Shown here in pieces: positions 28,748 to 43,519 of a DNA stretch of 64,000 nucleotides (positions are counted from its first letter, which is position 1; the number at the start of each line of letters is the position of its first letter). Below the pieces are notes generated by a model. The model searched no databases, had not been told where the DNA came from, and was given only the letters and a program-made list of their open reading frames with translations. The translations under genes were made by a program, and so were the position numbers. The stretch spans positions 102,920,001 through 102,984,000 of the forward strand of contig OX597819.1 of the NCBI GenBank assembly GCA_951406725.2, written 5' to 3'. Source of the stretch: Octopus vulgaris. Its lineage: Eukaryota.

Positions 28748-29410
28748 ATATCAACCAAGTACCTGATGCAGAAAAGAGATCGACATACAGGCAAAGCTGT
28801 AAAATGTAACAAACGATGCAGACTTTGTGGTGTTAACACTGAAGATATCACCCACATGATAAACAGTTGTCCGAAAATGTCATCACGGTATTATCTACCG
28901 ATGAGACATGACGTTGTAGCTAGGACACTCTATAATGAAATCCATCGGAATGGTAATCCCGAAGACAAACAAATAAGAACCCACAATATGGTAGAAGCCA
29001 TAGCCACTCAGAATAAAAAGGAATACTGGTGGAAGGTACTAGTGAAGACCTCAGTAAAATGTAAGCACAACAAACCTGATATAGTGATTTGGGATAGAGA
29101 AGAGAAACTGTGGACATTTGTGGAAATTAGCTGCCCAGCCGATGTTAACATAAAGCTGAAGATCAGTGAAAAAGAGAACACCTATGCCGAACTATTGAGA
29201 AATCTACAGTTACTCTATCCAGATTACAAGTTCAGATTTAACCCTGTAATTATTTGGGGCTTGAGATAGGTAACACACTGCCTAGATAGCAATCTTGAGA
29301 AGTTAGGCTTCTCAAAATCAGAAAGAAGAAAGCTAATTCGAAGACTACAGATCAAATCCATCAGTGGAACAGTAAAAATCTATAACACTCTCCAGAAATT
29401 TATCATTTAA
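28748..29410 (+). mobile_element. R4/Dong-type non-LTR retrotransposon 3' fragment (CCHC + restriction-like endonuclease), lineage 2
   Basis: CRLCGVNTEDITHMINSC zinc knuckle, RHD, KPDIVIWD, VEISCPAD, KENTY; one internal stop; 5' end abuts a (TACA)n tract. Confidence 0.9.
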
Positions 29411-29843
29411 ATATATATGAGTATGCCTAGATATGCAACTATATGCATAAGAAAACATACATAAAACATCCAATTCTGCAAACACATATATGCATACATA
29501 CAAACAAAAATAACCCGAAAACAAAGGTTTTTATCTGTTGATAACTAAAACTAATTTCAACTAAATGTTGATAACGATAATTAAATTCAACTAAATGTTG
29601 ATAACAATAACTATAACTAATTCAAAATTTTAATTTTGGAGCATATTCCATACTTTGTTGTTTCATAAAATAAGTCCAGTTTTCAATGCCTCACCAAAAT
29701 AACTAAGTTTAAAAGTAGCAATATATGTGTATATGCACGCGCAGGTATGTGTGCATGTACCTTTAACTGAAAGTGTCATTGCTCAGTCATGCGTTGAAAG
29801 GATTTTGACCTAGAGAAGTAACTTCTTTCGGTCAAACTCTTTT

Positions 29844-29884
<41 letters not shown>

Positions 29885-30871
29885 TACATAAGTACATACA
29901 TGCATACATATACATATATATGTCCCAAAAGCAGCGACAGCAGTTGCTCTGGTGTCTCTAAAGTGGCAAAATCTATAGTAATTTATCATAACAGAGAATC
30001 CATTACATTTTTTAGGAAGTCAAGATACCTTTGTATATTGAAGCAGAGCCTCTTCATGTCAAGTAACTGGGAATTGGCCCTTCCCTGTACTGAGTGCTAC
30101 ATTCCCATCGTAGCTGGGGAAGCATTATACTCGGAGGCGCGGGGAAATTTTCGCCTTCACTCTCTTTTAATCTGGCTCTGCTCCTATGTACTCTTCAATA
30201 CATGAGACAGCAATGGCTGTGGATAAGTCACGACTTCTTGTTGCTTCTGCTGCTGTTGTTGTTGCTGTTGTTGTGTTCGTTGATTTTCTAGCTACGGGGC
30301 TACTATGGCCTCGATTCTACCTATTGTTTAAATTAGCATAGTAATTTCTTATTATTACTGGATGGTTCAACACTTTTACATCAACAATAGTCATTACTAC
30401 ATCATTTGTAGTCTGAAAGAAATGGACTAAAGAGTGGGGAGAGTCGAGAGAGATCCCTATCTGATCACTGCTCGATAGGCACCTAAAACAATTAGCAAAA
30501 GCATGGTACATGTTATCGAGCCGTAAGTGTGCGCGGGTTACATTATTTCGTATATACAGTTATATACTACATATGTCGGTGGTAAAAAAAAAAAAAAGAA
30601 AAAAATCTCAGCTCTCGCAATGGAGTGAAATGTTTATCAAGCTCGCTAGAATACGAGTTTGCGGATTACAATTGTAAAAACATCTTATCCGCAAACTTGT
30701 CTACGTAATTTGTTTCGATCTTACGAAACCACACACACACGCACACACACACTTACTCACGCACACACACATTCACTGACATACTCACAGATACACACAC
30801 ACATATATACAGATAGATAGGTAGATAGATAGATAGATAGATGTGTGTGTGTTCATACATACATACATACA

Positions 30872-30903
<32 letters not shown>

Positions 30904-32811
30904 AATATATTGATAAATATATATGTATGTGTCTGTGTATACATGAACACAAAAGAATAGAAATGTATTTGTGATTTATCAGTTCCGTACGTTTCTAATA
31001 GTATAGCGTACCTGAAAATGATGCAATGCAACACTTCAGCACAACTCATTCGATCTCATATTCGATCGACCAAAATACCTCAGAGATGGGAATTCAAAAC
31101 TATTCTATTCTCATCAATGCTAAAACAACACCGGTGACTTTCAAAAGGAATATTTTCGGGTGTATTCGTTTCACTGCTTATGTTTACATCTGTTTAAAAC
31201 AGGTGAAGTTGTTTATGTTTTTTTCTTTCTTACTGCGCATAACTAACTATTTCGACATTATATTGATCGATAAAATATGTGCCAGACCTTCATAGGTTTT
31301 GGACTATTTAAGATTGTACACATACAGAGGCACTCGTAATACACACACACACACACACATATATGTGCTTGTGTGTACTTTTGTGTAGTTTATGTGTGCG
31401 CGCTGGTTGTAAAAGTGTGTACGCGTGAGTACATGTGATCTGCGTGGTTTTAGGTTTCTCACTGTTTGCATATTTCCATTATGAACATTTCCCAATCTCG
31501 ACAGAAGGGAATCTTTATAAAGTTATCCCTACCATCTGTTTTATCACTTGTGTTTGTTTATGTTGTCAGACCTTTTACACATCTTCTTTCAACCTCACTC
31601 GCCACCAACATTCAAAGCCATACACTACCACACCTAACCGATCAGACATCTTTGAAAATCGCAAATAAGTCGGCAAAGAAATAAAAACTTTTATCTTATT
31701 TGCCTCTTTATAAACACACATACACACAAACGTCCAAACACACTCACATGTGTACGCTCAGAAACCTACGTGAATATATACATATATTCAGATAGACAAA
31801 CGTGTTCTCTTACGATAAACACATATACACACACACGTAGACGCGCATACACACACACACGCACACAGTTATATAAGTGTCCATGTACTCACATTAATAG
31901 ACACATTCATTCATTACTATATTAATTTATACTTCGAAATTTTGGTGGATACTTCGAGGTACGGCCGGTGTCAATTTAGACAGTTGGACAAAACTAATCA
32001 TCGATAAAATTTCGGAGGCATTATCAAACTTTTCCTTCTACACGTTAATTTTAATACACTAGATATATGTATTGAGTACGCCTTCAATTAATGTTGGGAT
32101 CTCCTGATGTGTAGTTTCATGTATACTACACACACAGACATATATTCATATATACCCCCACACACAAACACATGCATGTGCATTTGTACGTACATACGTT
32201 TATATATTATATACTCTAGTATCTGCACGTCAAAATTATATACAAAAACAGTTTATCGTCAAGCTAAATGATTACTCAATACTTTTTAGTTGAGTACTTG
32301 TGTATTCAAATTTTACAAGGAAAGGTTGATAGTGGCTTCGACGTTATACATACATACATACATATATATATATATATACTTCTTTTTTGTGTGTGTATGC
32401 ATGCTTGCATATGTGTATGTGTGTGCGTGTGTGCTTGCATGTGTGGGCGTGCGTATTATGGCTGTCTACTCTTGACCACGGGAAACCGTCACTGATAATT
32501 TAGAACAACGTACGCTCAAAAGTATACATTAACCTTGTGGCTCCGTTGGTGAGTGATGAGCTCAGCTTTTGATATACGTACTCGTCCGTAGATATTTCAG
32601 ACCAATCTTCCCTTATCCACTACACTGCCTGGACATTTTCGAGCAGATTGCTTAATTTCTGCATGAAAATGCAGTCTATTTTTTTAAAAAAAATATTCAC
32701 TCTTTTTTTCACTGTTTCCTCCACTGGTGGCGATGACATGGGTGCGTAAGTACATACATGCACTCACGCACAAACACAAGCACACATACATACATACAGA
32801 CAGACACACAC

Positions 32812-32844
<33 letters not shown>

Positions 32845-32877
32845 CATACATACATACATACATACATACATACATAC

Positions 32878-34067
32878 AATTTCCACAGAAATAGTGATAT
32901 CGAAAGACGTTACCTAAGAAGAGATAAAGAGTGTAGAGGCTGGATATCGGTGCAGACAGGCTTTGAATGTCGTATAGTGTCTCTCAGACAGTACCAGCTA
33001 AATAACAACAGAAAAAAATAAACATATTAACCAACCTAGAGTTGAAAAGTGAAGAAAAAATAGGTGATTGTAGCGAGCTCCTCAGGAAGCACTCTCTTCC
33101 TGACGACCTCCCATTCAACCGCAAATCAGACTAGCATACCTGAAAGAAGACCTGGAGGTAAAGCGCTCAGCATACTAAAATAGAGCGTGCATGGGTATGT
33201 TTCTGGGAGAATTGCGGGAAATAGTAACATTGACATGAAGCGAAGCTTCTCCTGAACTCGTAACTGCTATTTCACATTACACTTCCAAGGACATGCATTT
33301 CAGTTCAAGGACAGGAGATTGCTTTTAAGTACGTAATAATAAATATGAGACAATGAAGTCTCCACAACCGAAATTGTAGATTATCTCGTATATATGAGGA
33401 AAACATCACACATATCATTAGCAATTGCCCCCAAATTTCATTAAGGTATTACGCCCCTATGTGTTTGCACGGTGTCGCTAAAACAAACTGCAATGCTATC
33501 CAGAAACAAAGTCTGTCCTGGAGCGAATGTAGAGTATCCTCCTATTATTGAATATGTATAAATTATGTACAGAAACAGCAACGCAAAGAATACTGGTGGA
33601 ACATTCCCGTCAAATTGTCTGTTATGAGCAAGCATCTGCTATAAGCATCGGATGCTGTTTGGGAAAGTAAAGAAAAGTATGTACCGTCATGGAGGTCAGT
33701 AGTCCTGCTGATGTGAAAATTTATTTCAAATCAAACAGAAAGAGATAAATATGGACAACTGTTTCGAAACCTCCAGCTTCTATGTCCAGATTACAAATTT
33801 ACAATTATACCCATAAAAATCGGTGCACTTGGTTTTGCCTAATAGTGTGGATAAACATGAATTTTCAGAATCAAGGAATCAACCAATTCGCACATTACAA
33901 ATGAGATCTGTAAATGGAACAGTAAATATATATTCAAGACTTTTCTAAAGTTTAAAATGTGACATTGTCTTCGTTATTTACATTCCAACGATGAAGTTTT
34001 GTATCATTGTCCGAATTCAGTTCATTCCTCAAAATAAAATTTTAAAAAACTTAAAAACAGAAGAGAG
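32878..34067 (+). mobile_element. Degraded R4/Dong-type LINE fragment, lineage 2
   Basis: NFHRNSDIERRY, HGYV, ENITHIISNCP, KEYWWNIPVK, EVSSPADV, RNLQLLCPDYKF, IGALG are homologous to the 28748 copy; preceded by (TACA)n, followed by TACATA. Confidence 0.85.
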
Positions 34068-34223
34068 TACATAGTGGCAAGGCAGATTTGCTGCGAGGCG
34101 TGTAGCTGCCAATCCTCTTCCTCCTTCTCCTACAACAACTACTACTACTACTACTACAGATGGATGATGATGATGATGATGATAATGATGATGATGACGA
34201 TGAAGATGATGAAAGTTGCGGTA

Positions 34224-34686
34224 TGCTCAATACCACAGATTTTCTCGTCACTTGTTTGACCATTAACCAGTTGAGCTTGTTGTATTGCAGCTGACCACAT
34301 GGACATATCCGATCACGAGCAGGAGTAGTGAGGGAGCGTCATAGCCATGTGTTGAAAGAAATTCTTTGGGGGTTTGAATAATTCCTCTCTGGAAACCTGG
34401 GTGTTTCGATCGTCCTTACACAACCCTTATACAGGGGCCTGTTGAGTGGGATGGGCTACTTGACCTGAAGAAAATTTTAACTGAATCCCACTTACAAGGA
34501 CATGCAATGTTTATTTTAATATCGGATCACCAGGTCGTGCACATATGGATGTGCCTCGTGTACTCTATCAGATGGGTAGTCATGCTGGGTACATTGGGCT
34601 TCCAAGTGTCACTTTGATGGCATCTTGATGGGTATATTGGGTACACCAGTGTCACTTTGAGGGTATGAGCTGCTTTTTCACTCAAT
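34224..34686 (+). mobile_element. Non-coding interspersed element (family X), 5'-truncated
   Basis: Homologous to 62292-62847 and to the reverse complement of 57964-58167; ends cactcaataa before a (CAA)/(TAA)n tract. Confidence 0.8.
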
Positions 34687-34699
34687 AACAACGACAACA

Positions 34700-35177
<478 letters not shown>

Positions 35178-36269
35178 AATGGGCAACAGATACTGTAAAA
35201 GAAATGAGAGATCAGCAACATAAAGCTTTTCATTTGAAAACGAGTTCCATTAATATACCAGCATTCTGATAGACGCAGTAGCTGATCGCTAAATGCCTCG
35301 AAAGCCGGTTGAATATATAAATTCAATAGGTTAGATGTAGATAATGGTATATATAAAATACGGAAATTCAAATTAAAATGCGAGACAGTTGTAATTATAT
35401 AATAGTAATAGAATGATAGAATAAAGGGAAATTCAATATAAGACAAAGCCTACTACCGGTTAATTCCTCATTGAACATCTAGCGTGAATAATATTTATCA
35501 GGTTTAGTTCTCCATACCCACGGAGTATCGCTTACACCACCATATTTATCGCATCCTCTTCGGAAAAGGAGTGTAAAAGTCATTGTCAGTAGCCATTTTC
35601 TTGGTAACTTATTAAAACACACACTTATACATCCACAAGCGATTGCACATATAAAACCCTTTTAAACTGTTAAGTTTATGAGGGTGTATATATATATATA
35701 TACACGTTTTGGTATTTGGTTTGCAAGATTCTTTATGTGAATTCCTGTGTTGAAGCATATTTTATTGTGTCTAGGGGGAGTCATTTATTTTTACTAAAAT
35801 GTTCTTTCCGTCTTGCAACCTTTTCAATAGTCGTTGACTCTGTCCGTTATCGGAACTGCGTTCTTTTTTCTTCTTTTGTTGCTTGTTTGTTTGTCTATTT
35901 GTGTGCATGCGTGTGCGTCAGTGTGCCTGCACGTACACATATGTATGTATGTATGTATGTATGCATGTATGTATGTATGCGTGTGTATGCATGTATGTAT
36001 GTGTGCATGTTTGTATGTATGCATATATATATGTGTATATATGCATGTGTGCACGTTCGTATGTATGTATGCTTTCTGCATATCCATGTTTGTGTGTTTG
36101 TGCCTGTTTGCTATTATCTTTGAGTGTTTGTGTGTATGTTGGTCTGTATGTATCTGTGTATTTGTGTGCGTGTCTCTGTCTCCTTGAATGTGCATGTATG
36201 TGTGCTTGTGTATGAGTTTGTATGACGATATAAACTGTGGGTTTTGGAGTATGACACCTATGTATATTT

Positions 36270-36873
36270 GCTATATAGTACTGGGGATGAGGCCCCACTT
36301 GTTTGAATGTTGAGCCCTCTGGGTGCTTGGATAAAATGCGGATATCAAGTTGACCCAGGGTGCCTCCAAGCTGGTCTTTGGCCTGTTGGTAGAATATGGA
36401 GGAATTTTTTGCCGTCATATTGCTTCAAATGTCACTTAACCTCTCCGCAATGCTTTTAGATGTCTCATCAAAGTATGTTGTTGTCTTTAAAAGCATGCTC
36501 TATGCGCCTTATGCTGTAGACTACATTTTAAGTTTTACAGTTAATACTAGGGTTAATCTTACATACCTTGCAGTTATCAATGGTGCATGTGGTATTCTCA
36601 AACGAGGTGCGTCCTAAATAGTTGTGATCTGATGGAGCTCCCTGTCTTTTCAACGATCTTAATGTTGAGTTTAGCCTCCTTCGGAGCTTACTCAATTCCA
36701 CGGGATAGTTCTCCATGGGCAGTGGCCTCTAGAAATATCACTCCATATTTGCCGGGTCTTGTACCACTTGTTCACTTTGTTTGCTTTGTTACAAACTCTT
36801 TGTATTCTATTCCAGTCTTTCATTCCATATCAAGGGTACGTACCACTGGTTTCATTACTTATAAGGCTATCTA
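36270..36873 (-). mobile_element. Penelope-like element fragment (linker + GIY-YIG endonuclease), degraded
   Basis: Minus translation across frameshifts: KDWNR..KWYK..GELSRGIE..KIVEKTG..CTIDNCKVC..CKT*NVVYSI..YFDETSKSIAERL..IRILSKHPEGSTFKQV. Confidence 0.75.
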
Positions 36874-37650
36874 ACTTCATTTTAGCACCTCTGTATACCT
36901 ACATTGCAGGTGTATAGCGTCTTCAGGGCTCTGCATCTACTGTGAGACATTTGTATCATCTGCATAACTTGTGATGGCCTCGTTCTGACAGGGCTATTAG
37001 GAACAGTAGTGGTCCTAAAACATTGGCTTGCAGAACACCACTCACTATTTGTGTGTCAATCGAGGTGGTCCCACTAGCTACTACCACCTGACTTCTATCT
37101 TTCAGAAAGGCATGCAGTCATTCTCCCAAATTCCCGACTATGCCAAGATCACGTAGTTTGTGACGTATCATTCCATAATCGAGCTTATCGAAGGCCTTTG
37201 CAAAGTTGAGATATATCACATCCAAATTTGAGTGGTTGAGCAACTGTTTCAACACCCGGTCATAGTGTAGAAAAAATTGAGTCATGCAGCTTCTTCCTGG
37301 TTGGAAACCATGTTGGGTGTCAGTCAGCAAATCACATTTCTCAAGGAAGGTGATTAGTTTCTTTTTGACAATTCGTTCCATGATTTGCCGAAGTGCGAGG
37401 TTAGAGAGATAGGTCTATAGTTTTTGACCTCTGTTCTGCTACCTCCTTTATGCATAGAGCATATTTTACCTTCCTTGAGCTTGCTTGGAAATTTGCCAGT
37501 TGCAAGGAAGCTCTGGAAGAGGGACAGCAGTGGTCTTGCTAGGACTCGCTTACATGCTTTTTAAGGGATTGCTCGGAATCCATTAGTGCCAGTAACTGAG
37601 TTCGGGTTCATTTCATTTATAGCTCTTATTACATCGTCTTATTTTATACT
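36874..37650 (-). mobile_element. CR1/Jockey-group LINE reverse transcriptase fragment (pseudogenised)
   Basis: KNYRPISLTS, QHGFQPGRSC, DVIYLNFAKAFDK, SGVLQANVLGPLLF, SYADDT. Confidence 0.88.
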
Positions 37651-37740
37651 GTATGGCCGCAGTCTACTGACTAAAAGAAATAAAAGAATAAAAGAATATA
37701 TATAAATATATACATACATATACAACTATGTTTGTATATG

Positions 37741-37771
<31 letters not shown>

Positions 37772-38668
37772 GCATTCTTACATACGTACATACATACATA
37801 CGTACATACATACAAACATACATATATACATATACCCACACACACACAGCCGGATATATATATATGTATATGTGTATGTATTCCTACATCTAGAAATGTT
37901 TATATATGAGGCTTCAAAACAAAAACAAGTGATAAAAGTATATTAGGTTCAAATAGATGGTGTGTAAATATGAGCGTATGCTTTTACCTGGGCTTCTCAG
38001 TGAGTCTGTTAGCGTGTGTGTATGTATGTATATGGGTGCGTGTTTGTATGTGTGTGGATTCAAAGCAATATATGCGTGTGACGTCAACATTTCAACGTTT
38101 CCTTCATACGTTTGTACATTATTTAAACATGTTTTGTCTTTCGGAAATTCCAAATAATTCTTATCTGTTTGGTTATCAGCCAAGCTTTTTACATGATGAA
38201 CATTAACATATACAAAAATTACGTGTGGTCCTCAGTCATTCGGTGCTCCTGGTCTATATCATATATACATACATATATATACATATGTGTATGCGTGTGT
38301 ATGTGTGTGTGTATACACATAAGTATATGGATATATACATATATTTATATACACATATATGAATATTTCTACGCATGCATATATATATATATATATATAT
38401 ATGCGTGTGTATGTATGCACAATTATATACACATATATGTATGTCTAAGTGTATGAATATGGATACAGGCAAAAGCTCATATTCATATGTATGTACACAC
38501 GGATCACATACACATGTATGATAGTGAATGTATGTGCATGCGCGCTTCTGTGCGTGGCGTGGTGTGTGTGTGTGTGTGTGTATGAGTGTGTGTTTGTGTG
38601 CGTGAGTGCGCGCGCGCGTCTTTGCAAACACGTATATATTTCCACGCCTATAAACATATACGATATAT

Positions 38669-38699
<31 letters not shown>

Positions 38700-39192
38700 T
38701 ATTTATGTATATATGTATATATATATTTGTATATGTATATATGTATATATATATTTATATGTGTATATGTATATATGTATATATATATATTTATACATGT
38801 ATATGTATATATGTATATATGTATATATTTACTTATACATGTATATGTATATATGTATATATATATATATTTATACATGTATATATATATACATATATAT
38901 ATATATTTATACATGTATATATATATACATATATATATATATATTTATACATGTATATATATATACATACTCATTTATATACATATATATACATATTTAT
39001 ACTTACATATATATATATATATATATGGTCGTACATATACACACATTTATATTTCTGTTCGTGTCAATTTGCAACTGGTGTTCATGTGCACTTAGTTGCC
39101 ACCTATCTATCTTTCTATATATATATATATATATATCTGGCAATCAATCTATTCATCTATATATGTAGAAGAATACGTAGATAGTTAGAGAC

Positions 39193-39280
<88 letters not shown>

Positions 39281-40002
39281 GGCATAATATTTGATTTCTT
39301 AATACATTTTTGTGAGGTAGATTTTTGCTTATTCATTATAATTATGCTTACCTACGAAGCGAAAGAGAATGACGTGAATGGTGGAGTACGGAGCGACATA
39401 ACCATACAAACAGAACTAGATAAGGAGAGGTGGAGAACACGAGATTTTTCTTTCTATAGTATTAATTGTATCAATGGATGCATGTACGTAGGAATATATG
39501 CATTTATCTCCATATGTATATGTGAGTGTCTGTGTGTCTGAAACACACACACACACACATACAATCTCACGCGCGCACTCACATGCACAGCGCGCATACA
39601 CATATAGACTTATATATGACTGATTACCCTTGCTCTTATTATGTTTCATAATGTCTTGTTTTAAACATTTCATAATCAACAATTGTTTAAAACATTGGAA
39701 CAGGTCATCTGCAACCTTTCGTTCTCTCTGGTTGGCTAAATTCTGAAAAAAATGTTGATATTGCGCTGTTTTTTCGATACAAGAAACTTTATAAAGCTAC
39801 TAACCACGTCCTACCTCGACTTCTTGTTGTTGCTTCTCGGAGTATTTCAGTGTTGTTGTACCATTATATGTATAGATTATGCAGAATCGGAAATATATGC
39901 TGGGAAATGTTTTAGCAGATAGTATATGTCTCCCACTAAGGTGATTTCCAGTGAATCAAATGCACCCACTCGTTTGCCTGACAGAATCCTACAAGGTGTT
40001 GT

Positions 40003-40250
40003 GAAGGTATGCGGTTTAGTGATTAGGGTATTAGATGCGTAATCGTAAGATTGTAGTTTCGATTCCTGGACCGAGCGACACTTTGTGTTCTTGAGCAAAA
40101 CGCTTCATTTCACTTTGCTCCTGTCCACTCAGTGTCAAAAATGAGTAATTCTGCGACGAACCGGCGTCTCGTCCTGGTTGAGAATGCATACGCCACGAAA
40201 CCGGGAAACCGACTCTTATGAGTAGATATGACACGAGAAGGTAACTTAAC
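40003..40250 (+). mobile_element. SINE family C
   Basis: gcggtttagtgattaggg, gtttcgattcctggaccg, ttgtgttcttgagcaaaac, gaaaccgggaaaccg. Confidence 0.82.
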
Positions 40251-40703
40251 TTAAAATCCTACATGTGGCCTTACGTAGAATGACGTAGGGACCAGATATT
40301 GGGTGTTGCCGTATGTAGTCTCAATAAAACTCCAAAGAATCAGTGGAAGAAATATATCTTTCACAAAAAAATCATCTATCAGAGTAAAGTTTTGCAGTTG
40401 GTGTTTACTTATTCCAAAGATTATAATGGTCAGTTATACAAGGTTTAAATTTAGTTCACTTTTAAACCAAAAGCTTATATCATTGAGCCAGGGACTATTT
40501 CATGAATATACCACAGCTGAAATACATTGCCTTTGTTGCGATTAATAATGAAAATAAGGAAGAATTTAGTAAAATAAACGATCTTAGCGTGGAAGACACA
40601 TATTAATCATAAATTGGGTTTGTGGAACATAAATTAACGGGAAATTTTAATGGAGGGTTTTAATATAATCTTAAAGCTGTGACGCTCTACCAATTTTTGC
40701 CTA

Positions 40704-40944
40704 TGAAACCGGTGATTCCTATTACACTTATGGCCCTTTATTCGATGTTTCAAAAGTCCTATAATATTTTCATAATTAAAGATTATTACGATTTATATTT
40801 TAAAAATGATAAAATATTTTGTGTATTCTAGAAGTAAAACTAATTTATTGAACATAAATTTTAACAGCAAAATCTTATATAAAATCAAAATGTCATATGG
40901 ATCCTTAAGGGTCATATGAATTTGGCTGAGAACTACCGGTTTCA
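40704..40944. mobile_element. Possible small MITE
   Basis: tgaaaccggt ... accggtttca terminal inversion with degenerate ~40 bp extension. Confidence 0.35.
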
Positions 40945-41394
40945 AACAAGAAGTTTGTATCGTAAAACCAAAGGCGATCTTGAGCAGTCTGCTGAACGCT
41001 CTACTTCGCTATTTTCTCTTCTGCAACCAATGCTGAGAGATAAATAAATCACATATTTCTTTTAAAAATAATCACGAAAGGGTTGTATGAGTTTGTTGTT
41101 CCTGTAGCAAGCAAGAAAATTCTGACATTCTCTCGATTTCCTATAATGCAGACTGCCTCACGGTCCCAGCAGACAAAACTGAAAAGGCGTTGCTCAGGAG
41201 GATGGTGAGGGAGATGCGCTGGAAACTCACGGGACTCGCACATTAGATTTAACCATTTTGATAGCAAAGTATCTGAGACTGACCTTGGTTCTATGATACT
41301 TTATAACCACGCCCCACTCTCTCGCTCTGTAAATGTATAGCCCTCTCAATGAATATATATATATATATATGTATCTCTCTCTCTCTCTCTCTCT

Positions 41395-41450
<56 letters not shown>

Positions 41451-41895
41451 CACTCACGCACACACGCATATACATACATTATATAGTTGTATACACATAT
41501 ATTATATATGTGTGTGTATTTATATATATATATATATATATTATATGCGTGTGTGTGTGTGTGTATGTATACATATATGCATGTATGTATATATATATAT
41601 GTGTACATATATATGTTTGCATGTATGCAAGTATGTGTGCGTGTGTGTGTGTGTTTCTCTGTGTATGAATATATATATATGTAACGCATATCTTGAAATC
41701 ATAAATAGAGTGATGTTTAGACATTCTTGCATATGGAGAATTTGTGCCTTGTTACTACGGTATGTCAGTATACAACCGCAGTGTACTATGGGTAAAATTT
41801 ACATGCATGCTATGCATGAGGTAATTATACACGCCTAATGTGTACAAATGGTTCTGTGATATGTAGGGACGTACTCACTATGCAAGTACTTCTGC

Positions 41896-41926
<31 letters not shown>

Positions 41927-41927
<1 letters not shown>

Positions 41928-42497
41928 TTCCCTTCTACTAGCGGTGAGAGGCCTGAAATTTGAGAGACGGCACTGGTCGATTACATCGACTCTAGTGCGT
42001 AAATGGTAAGTAATTTATGGACTCCGAATGTATGAGAGGCAAAGTCGACTTTGGCAGAATTTAAATAAATAAATAAATAAATAAATAAATTTGATAATCC
42101 AATTTACATAGAATTTTTTTATCGATTACAATAATTTAAGATTGCTAAAAAATTTTTACAGAAATTGCATAAAAATCGGATTAAGCCCTTTTTAGCTTAG
42201 CTGATTTGGACAAGTTGGAAGGAGGTCAAAAAATAAAAAAAGAAAGAAATAGGTCAATCATTATAAAAAAAGAAATTTTTGCATGCAAGCAATCGTGTCA
42301 AAAGCGCATATAAAACCCAAATCTCTTTAAGCCTGGAACTATAAAACATTGCAAATGCTTTAAATAATATAGGTCAATAAAATAAAGTTTAAAAATGAGT
42401 TTGATTAAGCAGGATTTGAACTCAGAACGTAGCGACAGGTGAAATACCGCAAGACATTTCGTTCAGCGTGCTAACGATTTTTCCAGCTCGCCGCCTA
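41927..42497 (-). mobile_element. SINE family A split by a 346 bp insertion
   Basis: SINE halves 41927-42062 and 42409-42497; gcagaattt / gcaggattt duplicated at the junctions. Confidence 0.78.
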
Positions 42498-42502
42498 AGT
42501 CA

Positions 42503-42563
<61 letters not shown>

Positions 42564-42650
42564 GTAATAGTAATAGTAATAGTAATAATAATAATAATAA
42601 TAATAGTAATAGTAATAGTAATAATAATAATAATAATAATAGTAATAGTA

Positions 42651-42681
<31 letters not shown>

Positions 42682-42728
42682 TAGTAATAGTAATAGTAAT
42701 AATAATAATAATAGTAACAGTAGTAGTA

Positions 42729-42772
<44 letters not shown>

Positions 42773-42776
42773 AGTA

Positions 42777-42863
<87 letters not shown>

Positions 42864-43133
42864 TTGACGAAGTGCGCGATTCGATTGTAAGATATTTTAT
42901 TAGTTGAACGATATTTCAAAAGTACGTCTGTCTTAGTCAAGTTCAAAATAAGAAGACAAAGTCTTCTGTTGAAATATCGTTCAACTAATAAAATGTCTTA
43001 CAATCGGATCGCGCTCTTCGCCTTGACTGTTTACCTTCGTGAAGAGTTACGTGAATCCTTTTTTGTAAATATAATAATGATAATAGTGATGATAATAATA
43101 ATAATGATAATAATGATAATAATGATAATAATG

Positions 43134-43169
<36 letters not shown>

Positions 43170-43170
43170 T

Positions 43171-43246
<76 letters not shown>
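42503..43246. repeat. Long (TAA/TAG/TGA)n tract interrupted by a 157 bp hairpin insert
   Basis: Direct inspection; inverted arms 42866-42919 and 42969-43022. Confidence 0.9.
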
Positions 43247-43249
43247 CTT

Positions 43250-43420
43250 CCAATTTACTTATGTTTGGACAGACATTCTCTAGAACAATACTCTATGCTA
43301 AACCAAATATATGACACCCTAGTCATAACACGAACTTGTACTTTTAACTTGTTGTCTCTTGAGGTCTCTGGGTGTGACATGAAGTCAACTTGCACAAATA
43401 CAAAGCAAAAGCCAAACATA
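43250..43420 (+). mobile_element. Isolated 3' UTR of a TAA-associated R4/Dong LINE (family B)
   Basis: aacaatact..ccaaatatatgacacccta..gaggtctctgggtg..caaagcaaaag is shared with 61321, 62060 and 63305. Confidence 0.78.
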
Positions 43421-43519
43421 GAAGAAGAAGAAGGAGAAGGAGAAGGAGAAGAAGGAGGAGGAGAAGGAAAAGGAGGAGGAGGGGGAGGTGAAGGAGAAGA
43501 TGAAGAAGAAGAAGAAGAT

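Noticed and set aside
29535-29625. ~30 bp unit repeated about three times (ttcaactaaatgttgataac)
   Set aside because: Ordinary short tandem duplication; no unique spacers, so not CRISPR-like
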